A stretch of DNA of 63,975 nucleotides, counting the filler, from Octopus bimaculoides (lineage: Eukaryota), in the NCBI RefSeq assembly GCF_001194135.2. It is 9 parts of 8 records of this genome, joined end to end, with 100 filler letters (N's around TTAATTAATTAA, not from the genome) between each part and the next. Parts side by side here need not be neighbours in the genome. Positions count along the whole stretch, not along the records: positions 32,379 to 45,772 come from NC_068988.1; positions 45,873 to 49,046 come from NC_068983.1; positions 49,147 to 51,167 come from NW_026341373.1; 6 more parts are not named here. One strand, given 5' to 3'. The position numbers and the translations under genes were made by a program. The notes beneath the pieces were generated by a model. The model saw only the letters and a list, made by a program, of their open reading frames with translations. It did no database searches and was not told where the DNA came from. Each line of letters begins with the position of its first letter. Position 1 is the stretch's first letter. Below are positions 36,401 to 50,729 of this stretch, piece by piece.

Positions 36401-37889
36401 AGAAAGTACATTGCCTAATAATAGTAGAAATAATGAGAATGTAAGTGAGAGGAAGAATACAGGCCTACGTGGTCGGGAAAACAGAACTTTTATGAAAGCA
36501 TCCAATAACACCATCAATTTAAATAAAAAGATAAGCTGCAACAATCTTCTTTGATTTTTGTTTCAAAACTTTATAGTTTGGCGTTAGCGAGATTCTAATG
36601 CCACGATTATTTGCTTGCTTTTAACACTGAAACAATTTACAGGGCTATCGGAATAAGTAATGTATAATCCTTAATTTCCAATATTATGATAAGCAGGACA
36701 TAACAGATTAGGCCATTAAATTTGTGCATTTTGTTTAGACACAGAATGTATATGTATAAGAGTAACTTATTTAATCGAATTTATTATATACTACCTAGTT
36801 CTAACTGTTGAAATCGAAGTTAACAGAATTGGCATTATTGATATTATGTCGGTGGGCCACCTTCTGGGAAAAAGAGTGACTCAGACTATGTATCGAGTAT
36901 TGTACTGAAAAACATATTCCTACTAGCATTCGTAAATATCTCCGTTCCTTCCTAACTAAGGTTTCCACAAAAATTATCTGAACTAGCTGCGAACAAAAAC
37001 ACTTTCAGTTTCACTTTTCTGCACCTGAACACTATGTATTTGCGGCAGCAAGAAACGCTTTTGTGTTTCTTGCTACCTTTAATAATCTTTCATTTGCACT
37101 TGTGGAATTTGTTTGCACTGCCAATTTTGTGGCATACTTCAAATCCGTATTTATAGAAGAAATCGAATTCCCAGATTGGCTAGAACAACAGTTAGGTATT
37201 AGTCCCAAAGAGGGATATTAAACGTAGCTTATCAGATAAGAAGCAACAGGCTTGAACACAAACATGCAAGTTACTCTCTTTAATAATGTGAAGATCGACA
37301 AATACGAAGAAAGGACATGGAGAAAGAGAAACAAACAGATATCATGCCACAGCATCACCAGAATTCAACGAAGCAGAATATCAGGAAACACTATGTGAAA
37401 TGTATCGAGGTTAACGAGAAAGCAGCATAAAAAAAAGTGCTGTTTAATATTCGAGACGTTTAATGCAGAAAGCAATGTCAGAGATGATTCGCAGCTTTCG
37501 TAAAAAGACATTAGGGAAAACAAGTAGCCATTTTACTGAATAATATCGAAGTAGAGAGATCCTATCCTCAATTTGTTGCTTTGAGATTCAGAATTAAGCT
37601 TCTAACATATTGCTATAACGGTAATGCATGATATCCTTTTCCGCGGTTTATCCTAATGAAATGAAAGTACACTTTGAAGCAAATAAAAATTAATATATCT
37701 TTTTTTTAAAGGAAATATAGTCCATTGTGATTGCGCAGATTTCTGATTTTCATTCGAAGTAATAATTAGTTGATCCAAATAATATTAACAATAACAATAA
37801 TAATATCAATGACGAGGACGAGAACAATGACTAAGACGACGACGACGATGACGATGATGATGATGATGATGGTGATGATAATAATGATA

Positions 37890-38150
37890 GTTGACGCAGT
37901 ACCAAGTAGTGGCTCTCATGGTTTGTGATCTTAACTGACTGGATGAGTTATCATGTACATTAGTTTGTCTTCGTATAAAAGATGGTCTACACCAAAGATC
38001 CTGCTCAATATCACAGATATGCTTGTCAGTTGTTTGACCTTTACTAGTTGAACATATCCCTTAGTGGCTGCCGATGTGTGCATCTCTGATCGCAGGTCGA
38101 TGGAGTGGCGGAGCATCATAGATACCCATGTGTTTCGAGAAATTCTTTGA
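37890..38150 (-). mobile_element. Retroposon 3' remnant with (ATC/ATT)n tail
   Basis: Non-simple block abutting a (GAC/GAT)n tract at 37835-37890; family not identified. Confidence 0.35.
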
Positions 38151-38869
38151 GTTTTTGATAATTCAAATCTGGGAAATTGGTACATGTAGCTATATGTATA
38201 CATGTAAGTTTCGCTATTTCTGCCTGTCTGTGTGTATATCTATGCTTGTAATATTTTATGTGGTCGATCATTCTCTGGCTACTTTAACGGACTCTTCGGA
38301 TGTGGGAAAATTGAAGCTAATTAAATAAACTATAAGCAAGGATATATATTGTCGCTGTGTGTGTTAGTCGAGGACATTTGAGAGAAGATGAGTGAAAGTC
38401 AGAAAAAGGGAAGAGAAGGAAAAGAGATACAGGATTTTAAGAGTAAAAAGACGTGTAAAAGAAAGTAGAAATAAGTATGAAGGAAAAGGAAATATAAACA
38501 ATGGAAACACAAGAATAGAAGTAAGGAGTAAAAGAAGAACAAAAAGATCAGAGGAAGATGAGGGGCGGGGGATGACGAAAGAGACCAATAATTCAGGGTG
38601 GATTTCATAAGGCAGGAATGAAGGAGGGAGTGCACATTTTGAATTATTAACACTGCGGGAAAATTAGTTATAAAGAATTAATAAAGTATAGAAATGGCAT
38701 ATAATAGAGTTACTGATTATGAGTGGAAGACAGTCAATAAGAGTTACAAACAACTTTGTGAACAACAATGTTGCTTTCGTGTTTATATGCTTATATACTT
38801 CTATATATGTATTTATGTATGTATGTATGCATGTATTTATTTATCTATGCTTGTGTGTTTCTATGTATA

Positions 38870-38913
<44 letters not shown>

Positions 38914-39171
38914 NNNNNNNNNNNNNNNNNNNNNNNNNNNNNNNNNNNNNNNNNNNNNNNNNNNNNNNNNNNNNNNNNNNNNNNNNNNNNNNNNNNNNNN
39001 NNNNNNNNNNNNNNNNNNNNNNNNNNNNNNNNNNNNNNNNNNNNNNNNNNNNNNNNNNNNNNNNNNNNNNNNNNNNNNNNNNNTATATATATATATATAA
39101 ATATACATATATATATATATGCACGGACGGGATAAAGTGGCCCTCAGTACATTTGATAGAAGTAACAGACG

Positions 39172-39202
<31 letters not shown>

Positions 39203-40859
39203 TCACACACCCATATGCACGTATGTATATATTCGTATGTGCGTATGTGCGTATGTAATATTCACACTTTATATGTTCCATTTATTATTATTTCCATTTG
39301 AAGACAATAATTTCTGTTAGTCTATAATAATATTTCTTCTTTAATATGATCATTAAATATAAAGTCATCAGTTGAAGTCTTTTTTATATAAGTTTTATAT
39401 AATTTGCTAAAGTTTTGATATAAAACCGGGTTATAAAATCGGAAATGCGTAGATAAAAGCAATCAAGCAATCGTGATATTACGGGTGAATCGTTTTAACA
39501 TTTCAATTCAAATGAGTCGCAGGTAAGCTACACAATAAAGTCCGAAGATTAATTTTAAAATTTAGTCTGAACTTCACATATATTTGAGAAAGGTATGAGA
39601 GCAACTTTGAATATTATACACTCTATTATGTCAATTATTGAAACAGCGGCATCGGTACGTTTACAGTTATAATAATATTGGACACTGTGATACTGAGGTT
39701 CACACATTAGCTTGATGAATCTAGGAGCTATTACTCACGCTGATCATTCAAATATATTAGCAATACGTCAAACGAATTTTTCTTCTTTGAAATAAGGATC
39801 ATCACATACGCGTCACAAATAAATACATAAACACACATATGCACACATGCACACACATATTTATATATAGATACGTAAGTCGTTGTATGTGCGTCTAGAA
39901 ATACTATTATACTGGACAATAATTAGTTAAATTTGTGTCTATATTCTATTAAAAATTAACTTCAATCTTGCCTGCTTGGTTTCAATGCTACGCAGCCAAA
40001 CTGGCGCGTAATGGGAGACTGCTTTGAAAGTAAAGCGCTCCTGAAATGTGAATACACACGGAATAAAGCAAGCTCCGGGTAAATCAGACAAGTGATTCTT
40101 GAGATATTGGGGCTTTGAGGGGTATACATACCCCAAATGGTGCATTATGGGAAATACTCCGAAAGGAACTTAAACTTGAGAGGGAAGAAACTCTAACTTT
40201 TCTTTTAGATACTTTAGTGACTAACTTGCCAACGAAAAAATACGAATTGTTGTTTATAGAAAATGTTCCTAAACACAATATTTTAATCATTTAGAAATAT
40301 GTTTAAGTGAACGTGATTTCAAAAGTGTAAGTTGTTTGTACAGTAAGTATACCTAATTTAGCCTTCTTTAAACAGACAATATTTTAATCTTTTCAAAAAT
40401 TATTTTCAAGTGAATAACATTACAAATTTCTTGTTTTGGTATATTTTAAAAATATCTTAAAATGAAAATAACTTCAAAACTACGGTAAATATTTCGTAAA
40501 AGACCCGTTCGTTCCCTCGGTATAAAATAATTTTTTCCCCTATGTTTGTTTCGAGTACATTCAACGTATCTCACCTACAAGGAGTTGGCTGCTATTTCTA
40601 GCACCTCCTGCTACCGTGTAACAGCGGTTTGCATTAAATAGCTGTTACGTGGTAACGGCGTACAAGAAATAGCAGCCAGATCTTTCTTTTTTTAGGGAAA
40701 GGAGCTTTTCTACGCATGATTTCGATGTTACATTCGTTGAAAGTATGCGAAATAACCCGGATGAGGTAAATTGCTTCCCCTCTCTGCCGAAGAAGACGGT
40801 GGATTGATGTTCAGGATGGACTTGTTTGATAACCGAATACACTCTACGATCCACAACAT

Positions 40860-41640
40860 CCGACCGACGCAGTTTATGAAGTCAGTAATACCTGGACACT
40901 GCACGAGCCAACGCGTACACTAGAAGATTTTCTTGAATTGCCATTTAATTTGTCCACTGAACAGATGTCGCTGTACATTGAAGCTATCCAACCGCTGACA
41001 AAGGGACCGAAACCCGGCACTGGTGTAAGTATTTGTGGTCAAACCTATGAAACGCTTTCCGTTGGTTCTGATTGATCAACGTCATGTTCTTCATCAAACC
41101 ATTTTTATGATATAATGCCTTAGTTGGAGGTTATCAGTGATAGATGTGATGGGATAGCGCACACCTGCGCGTCATCAAGCAGCTTACCGACAATCACTAA
41201 GATCTTGACTAACGATTTGGCTAAAATTTTATAATTTCTGTTCACCAGATAGATATGCCTAAAATTATCAATATGACCTCCCTTCTTCGTGTGCTTTCTC
41301 AGCTGCACCATCACGCCACGACTCACATCACGGTTCTGCAGCCAGTTGTGGTAGACGGCCGCCGAGAGATCACTTAAGAAGTCAGCCATATGAAAGTAAA
41401 CCTCGAAGTGCAGACCATTCAACCACATAGACTTCTCCTGCCTCCGGGCAGAAAAGCAAGTCATACTCCGAGAGAAGAGGTGATATCCATCTCCCCTCTC
41501 TCAATGTGCTCCGTACAGTTCAGCAAAGCGCCGATAAAATCCTGTACACATTTGCATTGTGGTTTAGTTGCTAGTCTGATGTCCGGGTCCGTCGAACAAT
41601 TTTCTTTCTCTTGTTTCTTAGTGCACATGCCCTTGCTCTG
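40860..41640 (-). pseudogene. Degraded L1/Tx1-like RT fragment (related family)
   Basis: AVYHNWLQN..GVMVQLRK..KGGHIDNFRHIYLVNRNYKILAK..AQVCAIP, then decayed KAFHRFDHKYL..GFGPF..WIASMYSDI, parallel to 21641-22160. Confidence 0.7.
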
Positions 41641-42368
41641 ATAACGAAACCTTTGTGCTTGTCATTGACGAATTAAACATGAGCCAATCTTTCTGCCACT
41701 AATTGCGACGCTATATTTATCTTTTAAGTGCCTCTTATATTTCCCTATCTAGGTCTTCTATTGTTCTATTTCTTTATTAAACACTAACATGTATACTCTA
41801 CTAGCTCGTTTCAGTGCAATCCACTATCAGAAGCACCAGCGAACTTTTGATGGTATCTTCCCAAGCAACGATAACAAACTACGGTGCATTTTAATCTGTT
41901 GGAAAGGTTATTCTTTCTAAATATTTTCTTCTAAAGTTTCAGTTCTCAGTTATGTTTGGAAAGTATAGAGTTTCACCTCTGATGCTGCATATATTTTCAT
42001 TTGTAAGCGTAATATATTTATTATGGGCTTACTTTTACCGTTTTTAAATCTTTCCAGAAGGGGCGCGAAATTACTCATAATTACTGAAGTATGAGTTTAT
42101 TACTTTTATAGTTCTTACCATAGTATATACATTCACATACATACATTTACGCACACACTCACACTCGCACAAATATACACAAAAGCCAGATCACTTACTT
42201 CCATGGAACTTCCATTGTTTACTTTTAATCGAAGAAGGTTGAGCTCACCTCGAGCAACATTAATCGTTCTTGTGCTTTGACATCTTTATATCTCTATATA
42301 TTCCCCGTCCTCTCTTCTTGCACAGTCCTCTTTTTACAGAATCACTCAAACATGTATGTACAAGGTTA

Positions 42369-42433
<65 letters not shown>

Positions 42434-43476
42434 GAAAGAGAACGTAACCTATATATATATACATACGTACATACATACATACACACACATACACACACAT
42501 ACACATACATACATACATACATACATACATACATACATACATACATACATACAGTCTTAAGTACGGATACAAAGTAATTACAAAATGTCTCAGTTAGATT
42601 TGATATTCATCCAATATTTAATGCATTCTTGATTGCATAAAACTTTCAAATTTTAATCTACACAATGGCCAAATGTCATTCCAAATTTAATCTGCAGTAT
42701 GAAAAAACGTCAATTTAATTTGTATGAGAACATTTAAAAGTTATGAAAAAGAAAGACAACATATATTTCCTTATTGTGCTGCGAATCACCAAATTCAACA
42801 TCAATATGTCAGGTTTGTTAAAACTATGCTGTATCCAGATCATTTAACTGTAACACCAACTGTCCGTAAATCGTCTGAAACTTTCAGATAAATTTTCAAT
42901 ATATATTTCTGTAACCGCCACCGTTCTCCAATTGTGATAGTAAAGTGGCTCCAATGCTTTCTGGTTCCTTGATGGATAGAGAAGTCATAATTTCGTCCAG
43001 AATTTTTATAACAAGAGAAAAAAAAGTAGAGTTTCCACTTAGCATTTGAAACCGGCTGAAATAAAAGTCTAACCTCTTATAGCATACTCAGCCGGCTAAA
43101 ATAAGTGTACGGGATGACGTTTGTAAAGAAGAAACCTTTCTCCCGTGAAGTTCAAATTAAACTACGTGAATAATGCTAAGTTTTATTAAATGTGATTACG
43201 TAAAAAAATGTTAAACACTAATCAAAATTTCTCCCCTTACACTTGAGATTTACTTGTCATTCGTCATAGAAATATACTTTCTGCTTTTCACTTGCAACAA
43301 TTAAAAAAAAAAAAATTTAAGTCATTTAGATCGGAAATTAATTAATGTTAGATTGAATCCTCGTGTGTTACATTTTACTCTACGAGACATGAAGGACAAC
43401 CACAGATCCAGTTAAATAAAGTATAAATATAGCTGAGTAGTAGGAAGTTAAATGGATTCCTATATATGATTGAAAG

Positions 43477-43709
43477 CAGGCGGCGAGGTGGCAGAAACGT
43501 TAGCGCGCCGGGCGAAATGCTTAGCGGTATTTCGTCTGCGGTTACGTTCTAAGTTCAAATTCCGCCGAGCTCGACTTTACCTTTCATCCTTTCGGGAGCG
43601 ATAGATAAAGTACCAGTTACGCACTGGGGTCGATGTAATCAACTTAATCCCTTTGTCTGTTCTTGTTTGTCCCCTCTATGTTTAGCCCCTTGTGGGCAAT
43701 AAAGAAATA
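43477..43709 (+). mobile_element. tRNA-derived SINE family C, complete, with a perfect 16-bp TSD
   Basis: A box (GGTGGCAGAAACG), B box (AAGTTCAAATTCC), central CCTTTCATCCTTTCGG..GATA..TAAGTACCAG domain and a tail ending AATAAAGAAAT. TSD TATATATGATTGAAAG at 43461-43476 and 43710-43725. Confidence 0.88.
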
Positions 43710-44689
43710 TATATATGATTGAAAGTTTTGGTCTATACAAGAGTTTTCTTAATGCTGTTCAAAATTTTGTTGGTAACCGAGTATATTGTCACTCTATTTC
43801 GACGTCTGATGGACTGCAGACGAGTAAAGAGAAATACCTTGATCACAACCCCACTTTCTGAGCGCAAAAATGGACCCTGAGCCTACGACCATGAGACCTG
43901 ACCAGAAGTCCACTCGATTTATTTAAACGTTGCTTACGTTTCGAAAAATGAGTAACAAATAGCTATGTACTGCACGACATTCTTGTTCTCTTGGATGTGA
44001 CATATATAATTATTCATACAGTGGAATAATAGCCAAAGCCATAAATATCGCATACGTCTTTTTCGTTACTTAGTCTTATGTGATTTGAAAAATATTTGTC
44101 AATAATAGTTAGCATGTTCAGTAATCAAGTTGTTGCGACAGTGGGATGTTACTGTTACCAGATATTTAGCTAACCAGTTTAAAGCTTTTGTAACTGCAAC
44201 ACCTTCGAACATAATGCACGTATCGATTCCTAATATTTGTTATTAATTCTCAGCATTTATGGAAAACTAATATTTACAAAAATAGAAGACAGAAAATAAG
44301 TGAAATGGAAAACAAAATAGTTTTACAAAAAAAAAAAAAAAAAAAAGAAATAATAATACAGGATAGAATTACCGTCTCTGAGCAAATTATCTTTATAAAA
44401 TGCATTTCAAAAAAGTACAAATTTGTGGCAATGTCCTGCTCAGACCATATAATTCCAGATACAGAAGCAGCAAAAGACGAAGAAACATATAACAGTAAAA
44501 ACAAACACGCAACCACGCACACATTGTCCATAAAAGCGTACAACACTTTTAGACAGATCACTTGTATGTGTCTGTGTATAAATATATCTATACATACACG
44601 CCCACACAAATGCACACGTACATTCACCTACAAACGAGATGTCGAAAAGCGTTATAAGATTTCATGGACAATGTGTGCGAGGTTGCGTG

Positions 44690-44729
<40 letters not shown>

Positions 44730-44732
<3 letters not shown>

Positions 44733-45625
44733 GTGGTCTGATCAATAAGTATCGGGAATGTTGCAATAGTAACAAAAGTAAACCACGTAGAGTAAAGCAC
44801 TTTCGCACAGATTGACCTTGAAGTCTGCTATGGATATGCACTATGTTTTAACGTTCTAGATCGCTTCTGCTGTTTAGAGCTGTGCTTCGACTGAAGTTGT
44901 GTAGCGTGTGACCGGCGCCTTTATCATGACAGCGAAAGTTGTGCGGGGATCTGCATCAAATGTTGCCACACGTTTGGCTTGGCGATACCTGCTCTGAGGC
45001 GTATGCAAAGTTTTCAAAATTTTCGTCGTTTTCAACATAATCAACATCTTGTGCAAACCCTATGGTCTCTCTGGACAGCTGTAAGCAATTTTGGCACAAA
45101 GTTAGAGGACACCCGTCTCCTACCCAAGTCTTCAGTGATAATAGACTAAAGCCAACTGTAAGAAATCTACAAATCCTCTGATTACTTACGGATGGGGATT
45201 CGTCAATTTCCCCTCACGGTTTCACGCTCATCTGCGAAGTTTTTCTCAGTTCTGCTTCTTGTGGGTATCCCAGAACGTTCGTCAATATCCACATATTTTC
45301 CGCCTTCTTAGAAACGTCTAAAACATTCGTACACATGTGTGAGAGTCGTACACTCCTCTACATATACTTTCTGCAAATTTGCGTAGGCCTCCGAGCAGGT
45401 ATCACCATGACAACTTTCTCTGTTATGGTCAATGCGACGAACTCACGTTACACACCTTACCTCCAAGCATCCCTGTAAACAGTAGAAGTGAGGTAATACG
45501 TTAAAACCGAGAACTCATACAAGCCAGAATTCAAGGTCAATCTTTCTTAAGCGGCTTTACTCTGCGTGTTTTAGCTTTGCTACTGCGGCGATAGTTCACA
45601 TACTTGCTGATCAAACCTTTTATAC
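44730..45625 (-). mobile_element. Internally deleted mariner element
   Basis: ~70-bp degenerate TIRs (TGATCAATAAGTAT..CACGTAGAGTAAAGC). Minus-strand decayed transposase N-terminus EAYANLQKVY..HVYECFRRF*EGG..DERSG.P..EDLGRRRVSSNFVPKLLT. Confidence 0.7.
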
Positions 45626-46714
45626 GAATGTATTTATGAATGTATTAATAAACACGCCATGCAGACATAGACACACACGAGCTGTCTAAGTTGATACAGT
45701 GTCTCTGTGAGGCGCATTATGCTCATTTGCTATGTTGAGGTGGTTCTTCTTCAAATATATGCATACATATAANNNNNNNNNNNNNNNNNNNNNNNNNNNN
45801 NNNNNNNNNNNNNNNNTTAATTAATTAANNNNNNNNNNNNNNNNNNNNNNNNNNNNNNNNNNNNNNNNNNNNATATATATATATATATATAATTAAGACT
45901 CAGTTGAATTAGGTACTTGAAATGAGGCACTTTGCTAGGCCGATATAATCCGCACACCAAAACAATATTCATTGAATATTGAATATCAAGACTGCATTCG
46001 GGGGCATTCGTACCTGATATTCTTGTCGCGTGTGCAGACAACGCAACCCAGTGAATATATCCGCTCTTCGTAATTCAGACATGTACGTTATATATAGGTA
46101 CTTCCAATAGTATTTCCGAAATGCAGATTCCAATTTAGGTGAATAGAATATAAATGAGTGAAAAGGATGTACATGTGTCTATTCAGTATGGCATTTAGAA
46201 AAGGTTATAGACTATATGATGCATAAAATCTTATAAATATAATATAAAGATAAATATAATTTTACAATCTCACCATTTCCTTTTCTTGACGCCCACTATT
46301 TTTCTTCTGTAACTCTCTAAATTATAGTAGACTTTAGATATACATTTTCCACAAACATAGCCACAAAAATAGCCACAAACATAGCAACGGGAAAGAATGT
46401 AAATATTTTGGTCTCTAGTACTGATGCAAATTGTACTAAAAATTGGTATATCCTTTATGTTCGAAATCTATATGGTCGTCTGCCTCTGAGGAAAGTATTT
46501 CCTTTCAAACTGATGTAAAGTTTTCAGTTATCAAATAATTGGAGCCGCTTGAAACGGCCGTAATGCACTGATACCCGGACTTCCTTGTTACTTATTTGCT
46601 TTTTATTCACCTAACTTCGAGAGCTGCATGGATTTATACCAAACTGGCTTGGTGCCTCCATTTAAGTACCTAATTCAACTGAATACTTATATATATATAT
46701 AAAGAGAGAGCAAG

Positions 46715-46750
<36 letters not shown>

Positions 46751-49010
46751 ACAGATAGATATATACATATGTATACACACATATATATAAATATATATGT
46801 ATATTTATATACACACACACATATATTTATATATATATATATATATATATATTGTGCTTTGGGGGCGTCATATTCACTTGCTTTATAATCTAACACACTC
46901 ACCATTTCGATTTCCGTACATTTATTATTTATAATTGTTCTTCTATGATTTACGTTGCTTTTGCAACCTTGTCAATGGGCGTTGAGACAAAAAAGAACGC
47001 AGTTCCAATAACGGACAGAGTCATCATATCCATTGACAAATTCAGAAATACGAAGGACGAATATGCTTTTTAGTCTCCTTGTGAGTATGATTTTCAATGT
47101 AGATTTTTTTTTTTTAGTTTTTTTTTTTTTTCATATATGACAGTAATAGTTCTCATCCTACAAGGTCATTTGCTTTAAACGAATTCTCTAATCTCTGAAG
47201 ATTTCCAGAAAGGAAACAAAATTTGTATCGCTAAATGCATCATTTAATGAAATCCCTAAGCTCACACTAATGCAATTATATATGTGTGCCTATATATGTG
47301 TGCCTATAGATATACATGCTTGTATAAGTATTTGTGTATATGCGTCTATCTGTGTGATTGTATTTTTGTCTGGCTGTGTGTGCACGTGTATGTGTGTGTA
47401 CGTATGTAACCTTTTTCTATCGTTAAGTCTTACACATTGGTAACTTATTACAGAGGTTTCACGTTGAAAGAATCCAGAAGAACGAATGGATTAATTGAAA
47501 TCAGTATTACTGATGCACGTACAAACTGCACAAAAGTCTTATCTCAAGAATGGAGAACAATTCTACAAAATGTAAGAATCCTACTCATTGCATGTTGCTA
47601 TTTTGAAGAAATAGATGTTTTCTTTTCAACGCAGATCATCTTTAGTTTACACAGATTAGAGTTAGTTTATACTAATTACGGTTACCCTTATCCTTCTCCT
47701 ATATGCAGCTGCTCCTTTATTGTGTTGTATCTCTTCCTCATTTTGTCGATATTTCGTTATTGAAAATATATAAAGATGATTTTGCAGGTAAAAATTGCTG
47801 TAAAAATCTTTCATTATTTATACTCTTCGCGCGTGTTTATGTGTGTGTGTGTGTGTGTGTGTTTTAGTGTGTGTGTATGTGTCCGTGTCTGTGTCTGTCT
47901 TTGTCTGTGTCTGTCTTTGTCTGTGTCTGTGTGTATAAAGTTGAAGCTGTATTCAGGTGCATGCATATACAATTGGATATATGTAATCTCATGTGCATCA
48001 GTGTTAATACCCGATAGAAATTTCAAGAAAAGCATTTACAGAATTAACTAACGATTGTCAATAAACTACGTATTTTTACTTAAACGTATACAATTAACCA
48101 CAGGAAACTTAACTGCGTGTTTATAATTTTGGATTCGAAATGACATTGCTGCATTTTCTATCAAGGTTTGTCATTCTTGTAACTTTCGCAATGGACAAGC
48201 ACTCACCGATGTCTTCTTGAGAGTTATTTGCTAGATACGAAGTTTGACGACCTCTACCGCTCATAAACACACGCAAAAATCTACATGGAGACTAATGTCA
48301 ATATACATAGCTGCATATGTATATGAATATATATATATATATATANNNNNNNNNNNNNNNNNNNNNNNNNNNNNNNNNNNNNNNNNNNNNNNNNNNNNNN
48401 NNNNNNNNNNNNNNNNNNNNNNNNNNNNNNNNNNNNNNNNNNNNNNNNNNNNNNNNNNNNNNNNNNNNNNNNNNNNNNNNNNNNNNNNNNNNNNNNNNNN
48501 NNNNNNNNNNNNNNNNNNNNNNNNNNNNNNNNNNNNNNNNNNNNNNNNNNNNNNNNNNNNNNNNNNNNNNNNNNNNNNNNNNNNNNNNNNNNNNNNNATA
48601 TATAAAATTAATAATAATATACATATGTATATAATTATATTAAGGGAGCAATGGCGCAAACTACGTAACTCCAGCATGTTTGATGTGCCGATACCTTCAA
48701 AAACTACCAAAACTCCAGATAAATATACTGGAGATAGGTTGTTCTCGTGCTTGTGCCCTTAATATAATTATATACGTAAGTATATTATTATTAATTTAAT
48801 GTATAAATTAGCTATAAAATGTTATAGCAAGCTGACTACCTTGCAAAAATAATTAACCTGATTTTTATCCTTATATGCTATACAAATATATATATATATA
48901 TGTGTATATATATATATATGTATATGTGTATGTGTGTGTATGTGTATGTATATATATAGGTATGCGTATATGTATGTGTGTATGTGTATGTATATGTATG
49001 TACATATATT

Positions 49011-49044
<34 letters not shown>

Positions 49045-49279
49045 TANNNNNNNNNNNNNNNNNNNNNNNNNNNNNNNNNNNNNNNNNNNNTTAATTAATT
49101 AANNNNNNNNNNNNNNNNNNNNNNNNNNNNNNNNNNNNNNNNNNNNTATTTATTATATATATATATATATGCCGTCATTACATCATCAATCTGCTGCAAC
49201 CAACGACCTTTTCCACCACCACTAATACTAACACTACTATTACCAGTACCAGCAAAATCAACACCACGAGCAGCAGCAC

Positions 49280-49378
49280 CACCACTACTACTACTGCTGC
49301 TACTACTACTACTACTACTACTATTCTACTACTACTACTACTACTACTACTACTAATACTACTACTACTACTACTACA
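49280..49378. repeat. (CTA)n microsatellite
   Basis: Directly visible. Confidence 0.95.
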
Positions 49379-49417
49379 GGTGTCTTGTTCGCAAATGTCC
49401 GCGCTTATGATTGCTAT

Positions 49418-49469
49418 TGCGCATGTCAAACATCGAACCGAAGATGGCTGCCGTTGTAAACGCTTCCGG
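49418..49469 (+). promoter_or_regulatory. Putative housekeeping-type promoter motif cluster
   Basis: TGCGCATG (NRF1-like half site, 49418), AAGATGGCTGCC (YY1-like, 49441) and CTTCCGG (ETS, 49463) within 52 bp of CpG-richer DNA. Confidence 0.3.
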
Positions 49470-50687
49470 CCTTACATGGAAAAATTAAGCACTCGTTGTG
49501 TTCTCCACACAAGATCGCTTTGATAGGACCGTTTTTCTTCTTGCATCTAAATTGCTGCTTTATTACCAATGAAATCACAAAATTGTCAACGATGTCTTGT
49601 TCTTTCATTTACCAAAAAACATGTTTTTTTTTAATTTTCTTGGGTATTTTTGTCTTTTTATTTCATTGTTTTCTTTGTTTTGGTTCTTTCGGATTTTTCG
49701 TTTTGTGTTCATTCATTTTCTTTCCTTTTTATTCCTTTGCTAAATTTCTTCATTTCCAACGAATTTATTTATTGTTATCATCATTCTTTGATTTTTAGTT
49801 GTCAGTAGAGGAGGAGAATTTTTGTTTTTTTTATTATATTTCATTCTTTTTTTCCTTTTCAGCTTTCTGTTTTTCTTACAATTTTCTTACAATTTTCTTC
49901 TTAATACTTGTTTGTTGTTACTTACTAGGCTTACTTCGTGGTTCTGATGTTGTTATTATTGTGGTTATTGCCCATGCAATTTTTTAGGAAAATATAGAGA
50001 AGGAGAGGGTATTTTCTATTTAAAAGTCTTATCAATTTTCTTCTTTCTGTTTCTATTCTTTTATTTATTTTCTTGTAATTTTAGTTTCTTTTTCATGGTT
50101 GTTCGACATTACATTTATTGCTCATTTTTGTTGATTTTTTTTTCCTTACATATTTATTCAATATTTTCCTTTTTGTGGTTCTTCCTCTCTCTACTTATTT
50201 GTTCCACCTTCAGACTACCTCTTCTCTAAAACTCTGCACACATACTCACGCACACTTCACACACTCTGATACAAGTATACACACATATATTCGTATATAT
50301 AAATATATATACATATATACATATATATATANNNNNNNNNNNNNNNNNNNNNNNNNNNNNNNNNNNNNNNNNNNNNNNNNNNNNNNNNNNNNNNNNNNNN
50401 NNNNNNNNNNNNNNNNNNNNNNNNNNNNNNNNNNNNNNNNNNNNNNNNNNNNNNNNNNNNNNNNNNNNNNNNNNNNNNNNNNNNNNNNNNNNNNNNNNNN
50501 NNNNNNNNNNNNNNNNNNNNNNNNNNNNNNNNNNNNNNNNNNNNNNNNNNNNNNNNNNNNNNNNNNNNNNNNNNNNNNNNNNNNNNNNNNNNNNNNNNNN
50601 NNNNNNNNNNNNNNNNNNNNNNNNNNNNNNNNNNNNNNNNNNNNNNNNNNNNNNNNNNNNNNNNNNNNNNNNNNNNNNNNNNNNNNN

Positions 50688-50729
<42 letters not shown>

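Noticed and set aside
40645-40854. IKQVHPE resembling histone H2B KQVHP
   Set aside because: Only five residues match, with no histone fold around them; it lies directly downstream of a decayed LINE RT.
44305-44748. 147-aa ORF with an acidic stretch (SDHIIPDTEAAKDEETYN)
   Set aside because: Starts in a poly-A run and ends in (TA)n, with no recognisable domain or convincing splice sites.
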